A stretch of 64,000 bases of DNA, taken from the NCBI GenBank assembly GCA_964016885.1, contig OZ024745.1:26536001-26600000 (forward strand), written 5' to 3'. Numbering within the stretch: the stretch's first letter is position 1; each line of letters starts with the position of its first letter. Source of the DNA: Eledone cirrhosa. Its lineage: Eukaryota. The position numbers and the translations under genes are program-made. The notes beneath the pieces are model-generated. The model did no database searches, had not been told where the DNA came from, and saw nothing but the letters and a program-made list of their open reading frames with translations. Of the stretch, positions 56,953-64,000 are shown in pieces.

Positions 56953-57944
56953 ATATAATTTAAATAACATTCACACCCACACTCAAAAAGTGTATATCTC
57001 GCTTTATCTGTGTAGCATTTGAATTAAAACTATAAAATAAAAGAACTAATATTTACAACACAATTGACCATATCAAAATACAACCTAGGCAATAACAACC
57101 AGATTATATATCACAATATCACCATTCTACAACTCAAATACTAACAGACAACTTCCTATTTTCACTCACTACTCATTCCTCTCCTCTTAGTTCCAATTCC
57201 ACTAAGAAATATTGTACAAAAAACATAAATATCATACCAAAGAATGACCAGGAAATAACTTTACATTTAGATTTGATAATGTTACTCATTGGCTCATGGC
57301 TAACAATATTGAGGAAGAGGAAAGTCGATTATATCGACCCTAGTACTTAACGGGTCCTTTATTTTATTGATCCCGTTGAGATGATAATTAAAGTTGAACT
57401 TGTCGAGATTGGTATCTGTACGGAGATGTTATGATGTGGAGAGTTGCACAAGATAAGTTGTGATTTCTGGTGAGCGGAGTTGTGGCCCGAGAAAGAATAT
57501 CGCCTTGAAGTTAGACATATATAAAAACCTGGGTTCCATGGGTTGGTTGTGACAACTTCAACCACTATAGTAACTGAGAAAACCAAATACCCTTGTGTAG
57601 TGTCTGAGAGGGAACGGAGTGGGAGAGGAAAGTTTAGCTGTCTCGTGTCCTAAATAACCGTATGTACCATCATGCCTATCAACGGCGAGTATGCCATAGC
57701 TACTGCATTTTAGTCTACGTGAACATGCACAATTTTACCAAGTGGTTATTTCGCTACAGTATGCACTTCAGCATGTAATGTTTCTTCGTAGAGAAAGGAG
57801 TGTGAAGGTCTGATAACATTCCGTTTTCGATGCTGCCAGCCTACTATTATTCGTGTGACAATTCAGGAGTTGAGCACGATGCACTTACTCGAAGACAACT
57901 ATTGTTTCTATAATGAGTGATTCATTTTCATATATGTATATGTA

Positions 57945-58505
57945 TCATCGTCATCATCATCATTTTAACATCCTGTTTCCCTCCTAGCAAGGGTTGGACG
58001 GGTCTACATAGACCTAGTCAGTATTAAAGCGACGTATACTGATCTCCCAGACAAGCCAGGGATCTTTCGTCTCGCTTATGTAGTCTCACGATCTACCGAG
58101 TGCACAGAGGAGGTTGTCATGTCCTTGACATGAGTGAAGGGTGTTCTCGATCCTTTATTAGGCAAGCGTTCTTCGACAGGATGCCCTTCGTATCCACAAG
58201 TAGAGTATAGTTGGTGCTTTTATCGTGAATATCATCAAACTCTAGGGAAGCTGTCACGTCTTGACGCGACTGAAGGGTCCGCCTAACCCTTTCTTTGGCA
58301 AGAGCCCCGCGGTTGCATGTCATTCCCATCACTAACCACTTCACAAGGAAGCAGCTAGGAACGTGCGTGGGGAGGGGCATGAGTTGTGTACGGTGATGGC
58401 GTGTAGTGGTGTTGAGGATAGCTGTAGGTGAGCGGCAGTGAATCAGGCCACATTGCACGTTGCTGGTTGGGTCGTCCTCGGCACCACATAGTGCCAGGGC
58501 TCCCA
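57945..58505 (-). mobile_element. GC-richer retroposon-like segment with a (GAT)n tail
   Basis: Minus strand ends ccgtccaacccttgctaggagggaaacaggatgttaaaa(tga)n, resembling RTE-type 3' tails; the body is not identified. Confidence 0.4.
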
Positions 58506-59048
58506 ATTTTTGGAATTTCTGTCATGAGTTTTAGTTGTTTAAGGCCGGTCTTCAAAATAAGGTCAATGCGCTTGAATCTTACACCATTAAGATAATAGGT
58601 GCATAAACTGTGACATGTACACTTATATAAAATATATTCAGCTTTGCTGTTAGAATAGATCCCATTGATAAACTGCAGGACTCTCTCACTGACCTTTCAA
58701 CTCTCCCCGTCCGACGGAGTGATCTCCCACCCACTTTGGGTGGGTGAAAGATGTCTTCTCTTGTGAAAATGGGTATAGCTTTGATAATGTAAAACCTCCC
58801 CATTTTGTCTCATTTCTCCTCGATGTAGGGAATTTTTTTTTTTTTTTTTTGGTACTCCCCGTTTGGGTTTTTAGACGTTGGAAGGTCTGTAATAGCTAGG
58901 TTTTGATTTAGGCAATATTTCGTTTGCTTTCGTTTTTTGTATTTTTTAAATTATACCTGTTCTACCAAACCAGCACTAGCCTATTTTCCCTACATAAATG
59001 TATGTTAACATATAGGTAAATATACATATTCAAAGTTATACATACATA

Positions 59049-60049
59049 CAGTGGCGGACTGGGTCTAAAAATATTGGTTGTCAGGAGATGAAGGGGGCCC
59101 ACCTACATATAGAATGCTATCATTTAATTTTTATAATAAATAAATAACATTTTCGAAAAATACATAAGTGGAAACAAAACAATGCAATCAAATTTTTGCG
59201 GATAAATATTTTACCATCTCCAATAAAAGATGTTATGTATTTTTCTAAATCCAGAGACTTTCAATAATGACCAGAAGTCAACCCTAAATATTACTAATAG
59301 CTCCAGGAAAGCCATGAACACACACCACACCTTTTTAACTTTGATTTTGAAAGTAGGTTTATAATTATCAATTTTCCTAATAGTTTCGTAGCTGTCTCGG
59401 TGGCCTAGTTGGAGGAATCATAGACGGTGGTGTACCTGGTCTCAAGTTCAAACCTGGTCGTGAGTAGGGTTCTCGGTAAACCTTTTCAGTTTTTTCTATT
59501 AGTTGTAAAATAAAAACTGAAAAAGGTTACATGTACCTCTCGATCAGGATTGAACCCAAGGCCAGGAGCTCCACCGTCTCTAGTAACTACTGATAGGACA
59601 GAGAGACAACAACGAAAATTCATACTTATAAACCTACTTTCAAAATTTTCAAAACAAATTGTTGTGGTGTCGTTCATGTCTTTCTTAATGTTATTGCTCC
59701 TACTTAAGGTCGACTTCTAAATCATTTGGGTGTTCCATAAACTGCATCCTTGTTTTGTTTCTCATCTATCTAGACTACATTTTAACCTGCAATCCATGTT
59801 TCATTTCTGTTCCACTTCATTTCTGCCCCTCCTTGGTCCACCAATTGCTTTGATTAATTCTTTTATTTATTTTTAAAAAAAAGTTTATTCTTTCTCTTAG
59901 ATTTCAGGGGGTTTTTTTAAAGCAAAGCATTGGCCCCTAATACTACAGTGGGCCCTGCAATGCTACTGTGGGCTCTTGCAATGCTACTGTGGGCCCCCTG
60001 GGGCCCACTTGCCATTGGGAAACCTGGCAACCTGGCCAGTCCGCCACTG
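59049..60049. mobile_element. Non-autonomous hAT-type DNA transposon (1001 bp)
   Basis: 14 bp perfect TIR CAGTGGCGGACTGG; 8 bp TSD CATACATA (59041-59048 and 60050-60057); subterminal gggcc repeats. Confidence 0.9.
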
Positions 60050-60267
60050 CATACATACACACACGCTATGCACCCTCATACACACACAGACACACACACA
60101 TTATGTATGTGTAAATATATAATGGAGCAGGTATGAGCGTCAAAAGTATACGCATAAAGTCATACATTCGTACACATATACATAAAGCAACGAAGACACT
60201 AAAATATAAATATAACACCACAGATACATGCACAAGCATACACGCACACACGCACACATACGCACAC

Positions 60268-60321
<54 letters not shown>

Positions 60322-61212
60322 CATATAGATAGAAAGATAGATGGATATATATGTATTTATATATATATACATATATATATGTATATATATATACTGTATA
60401 TATATATATGTGTGTATATATATATATGTATAGATATATATATATATGTGTGTATATATATATATGTGTGTGTGTGTGGGTGTGTGGGTGTGCGTGTATG
60501 TGTATATGTGTATGTGTGTATGTGTATGTGCGTATGTGTATGTGTGTCTATACACACGTGTTGTGAACTCCCACACGTCACATATATGCCTCACGCTTCG
60601 TCAGAACAGCGAAATCTAAGAAACGCTAGCCAGTCTTCAAAAGAAATCAGAATAACACGCCGTAACCACTGGCTGCTTGAACATTACCATGGTGAGTTGG
60701 AAGCCTGTAGGGGTGGATAAGAAGGAATGGACGATAAAAGCGCTAACTTTCAGATTAATTTCACATATCATCTAACTTGTTTTCATGAACTCCACTAATA
60801 TCCCCTATATAATAAACATATCACAAATCAGAATTCGGACAGTGTACATAGATTCATGTCAGCCTTGGTTTGGCAGCCATATTCAATGTTTTCCTCTGAT
60901 TAAATGAAAATTCGGTTGCTATGTCTAGCTTGTAGATCGTGTACGGACTCCCAAGTTTGGACTGTTGTAGTTTAGCCCCAGGTAAACCCTGATTGTGTAG
61001 ATCTCTCTATGATCAAATGATTTTCAGCCGTTAACATCCATTTGATTTTTTGGAATGTTTATTTTTTAGTCTTCTGTATAAAACTTTCTGTCACGCAAAA
61101 AACCCACTCCACCCTCCTGTACCGTCTTAACTGTCCTCTCAAAGTAAGCCATCTTTGGTTAATAATACTTTCTTTATTTATTGTTTTGTTTTTTTTTTGT
61201 TTTTTTTTTATA

Positions 61213-61405
61213 ATAATGAAACCGTTATCATTCAGTATCGGTAGAGGGTGGGACGCCATGTTTGCAGCAAAGAGTTACGGCCCTTTATGGTCTGAGTTCA
61301 AATTCCGTCGAGGTTAACTTTGCCTTTCATCCTTACGGAGTCGATAAAATAAATACCAGTAATACACTGGGATAATTGCAGGCCTTGTGCCAAAAGTAAA
61401 AATAA
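61213..61405 (+). mobile_element. Major tRNA-SINE
   Basis: A and B boxes and core, followed by an (ATT)n-like tail. Confidence 0.85.
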
Positions 61406-61456
61406 TAATTATTATTATTCGTATTCTTCTTCTTATAAAAAAAAATAATAAAGAAA

Positions 61457-61514
<58 letters not shown>

Positions 61515-63716
61515 CATCATGAAGGCAGTTAGGGCGCTGGATTTGCAGTATCGGTAGAGCGCCGGACAACATGCATTTCAACAAAAAATTCTATGCAGTT
61601 TTAATTTTCTCATATATTTCATATACATGCGTGGGTGGTGTATATATGCATGTATGTATGTGTTTGTGCGTATGGAGAGAGAAACAGGGATGGGTACAAA
61701 ATATAAAAAATTAGCATTACATATGGGTATTCTTGTTTGAACATTAATAAAAAAAAATGTTTAATCTTAAGACCAATAGACGTGAGAAATATTCTTCTGC
61801 CATACCTGTTTTTGATCAAATTAGTGACGCAAATGTTACGTAAGCGACAGGAATTCTAGTCGAAATATTTATTGATGGAATCGCTAGAGCGTTGGATGAA
61901 AGGACTTGTGGTTTTGATTCTGGCTCTTTACGTATTAAGTCGTAATTGAACTGAGAACAACTTTGCCATTCACATTTCTAAGTTTTATCAAATAAAATAC
62001 CAATGCAAGGCGGTACATTAGTGGAATTGTTAGAGTGTCGGGTAAAATGCATTCAGGTATTTGCTCGGTCTCTTTTTGTTGAGTAATCAAAGTGGAGACA
62101 TGACATAATGTTTTTAGTTGAATAGATTCATTCCAAAGGGACACGGAGGAAGATTTGGGTTTTAGGGGTTTTAAACCGATTAACCGATTAAGTTTACCAA
62201 CCAAGAACAGGAACTATCCCTTTCCGAAAATGTACAAAACAGTTCCTGTTAACTTGTTTTCACTCATTTGACTGAACTGTTGCTCTGGTGGATGACACTT
62301 GACTAAGAAGTTATGCGTGTGGTTAGAACCGGGAACCACGTATATTCGAAGAATACTTCTTTAACTCAGAACCATTCCCGCAAAGATCATTCCGCATTTC
62401 TTGGCCCAATCACCTTCAATAAAATATAAACATTTTATAACAATGACCAGCAACATTCTGATTCATTCATTGCAAACAACCACGCAAAAGCAGGAAAAAG
62501 AAACATGAAAATAAAACGCTCAGTACAAAATATTGCGCTCCAGTATGGCCAGATTTCTCAATTATTTGTACCATCAAAGGAATATGGATACTTGTATATA
62601 ATGATTTCCATTTATCGTTAGGTATGATACTTCTTTTGTAACGGAGAAGGTTTACAGTTATATTTGATTCAAATTTAAAGGTTTATTGATAAAAACAATG
62701 GGATTCATTTTCGAAATTTCCCCACAAAGTGAGAGAATCTACAGTGAATATTAACCCCAGTAATAAGAACCAACGAGGTTGTCTTTATTCGGTTGTTCAC
62801 TATGCTAGAAATATAGGCAATACTCCCTCAAATCTCTCCCTGTGGTCTTAAAAAAGGATATTATAGTAATAGATATAACGCTTGAAGAAAAAAGGGATAT
62901 GATTGTCACACCGGGAACGCCATAGAGTATAGGTCTGTTCAATGAAGGTTGACCTCGGGTTAAACACTAACAACACTATTTTTCTTCATATAACAAATCT
63001 TTACGTCATTTCCATTTCCTTCCTCTTACTCCAGATCTAACTCTATGTTTCCGCTTCATATTTTTCGCCACTTATTTATTTCCTTATTTCATACAACATC
63101 GTATATCCACAACTTCCGTCAACTTCCGTCATTACTCCCCCTTCATTTTTTATTTGTTCATCTTTATATTTACCTTTTTATCGTTTTCTGCTTCTTCTCG
63201 CTTTTGCTTTCTACTCTACATCCACCACTTCCACCATCTCCTTCGTCTTCATTTTCGTATTTCCATTCTTCTTCTTTTTCCTCCATACCTCATTTCTCCC
63301 CCGATCCTCTTGTTGCAACACTTAACTCTTCATTAATAACCCCCTTTTCTTCCACATTCTTTCCCACCCCTCAATCTATTCCTTCCCCTTATCTCTGCAC
63401 TTCGATGTACCTCAAGATCATCTGTTCAGACAATACAATAAGCTCTCTATGTTTGTTTATCATCGCCAACAAAATTTCATTCTATTAATTCTGGCACGTA
63501 CACTTACAGCGTCAAACACGTACAAACAAACAAGCATGTACACATATACATGATCATGCATGTACACATAAATATTCATACATACACATTCATACATACA
63601 TAACATACATACTAAAAATATGCGCCCATATTAGCATATTAGACAAACACACACTAACAATTACACACCGTTAGGCAAATATCTCAGATACATTCATATA
63701 TATATATGTGTGTGTG

Positions 63717-63799
<83 letters not shown>

Positions 63800-64000
63800 G
63801 TATGTATACATATGTATACATACATATATAGGATATCACAAAAGTTATTATCTATTTTTGGTGCACTCATGCACTCACTGATATTCAAAATAGATAGTTT
63901 CTATTGTCATACCCTGTATATATATATATGTAAGTATGCATATATTTGCATACATACATACATAAGATAGCCCCGACGATAAACACATTAAAAGCTACAG

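Overview
Very AT-rich, microsatellite-laden eukaryotic DNA with no intact host protein-coding gene that I can recognise. Nearly all listed ORFs are translations of (TA)n, (TATG)n, (CA)n, (GA)n or (ACC)n repeats. The repeat landscape resembles an octopus (cephalopod) genome; this is inference only. The most striking signal is a set of unrelated short non-coding elements that sit inside (TA)n runs and share one architecture: two head-to-head inverted arms, a variable central junction, fixed outer ends, and one arm carrying a 40-80 nt extra tail. Several of these, plus some solo inserts, carry type I hammerhead ribozyme (HHR) motifs that I folded by eye. Two families use the compensatory U3-A8 core (UUGANAA) and most have a palindrome in loop III. 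This matches Penelope-like retroelement (PLE) pseudo-LTR biology, and a decayed Penelope-type RT is present at about 8.3-8.95 kb. Other content: many copies of a tRNA-derived SINE (including inverted tandem arrays), three tandem RTE-type elements in (TATG)n, a (GATA)n-inserted LINE 3' end with TSDs, a 1001 bp hAT-type non-autonomous transposon with an 8 bp TSD, a pogo/Tigger transposase remnant, LINE RT remnants and a 48 bp minisatellite. All folds and alignments were done by eye; coordinates may be off by a few bases.
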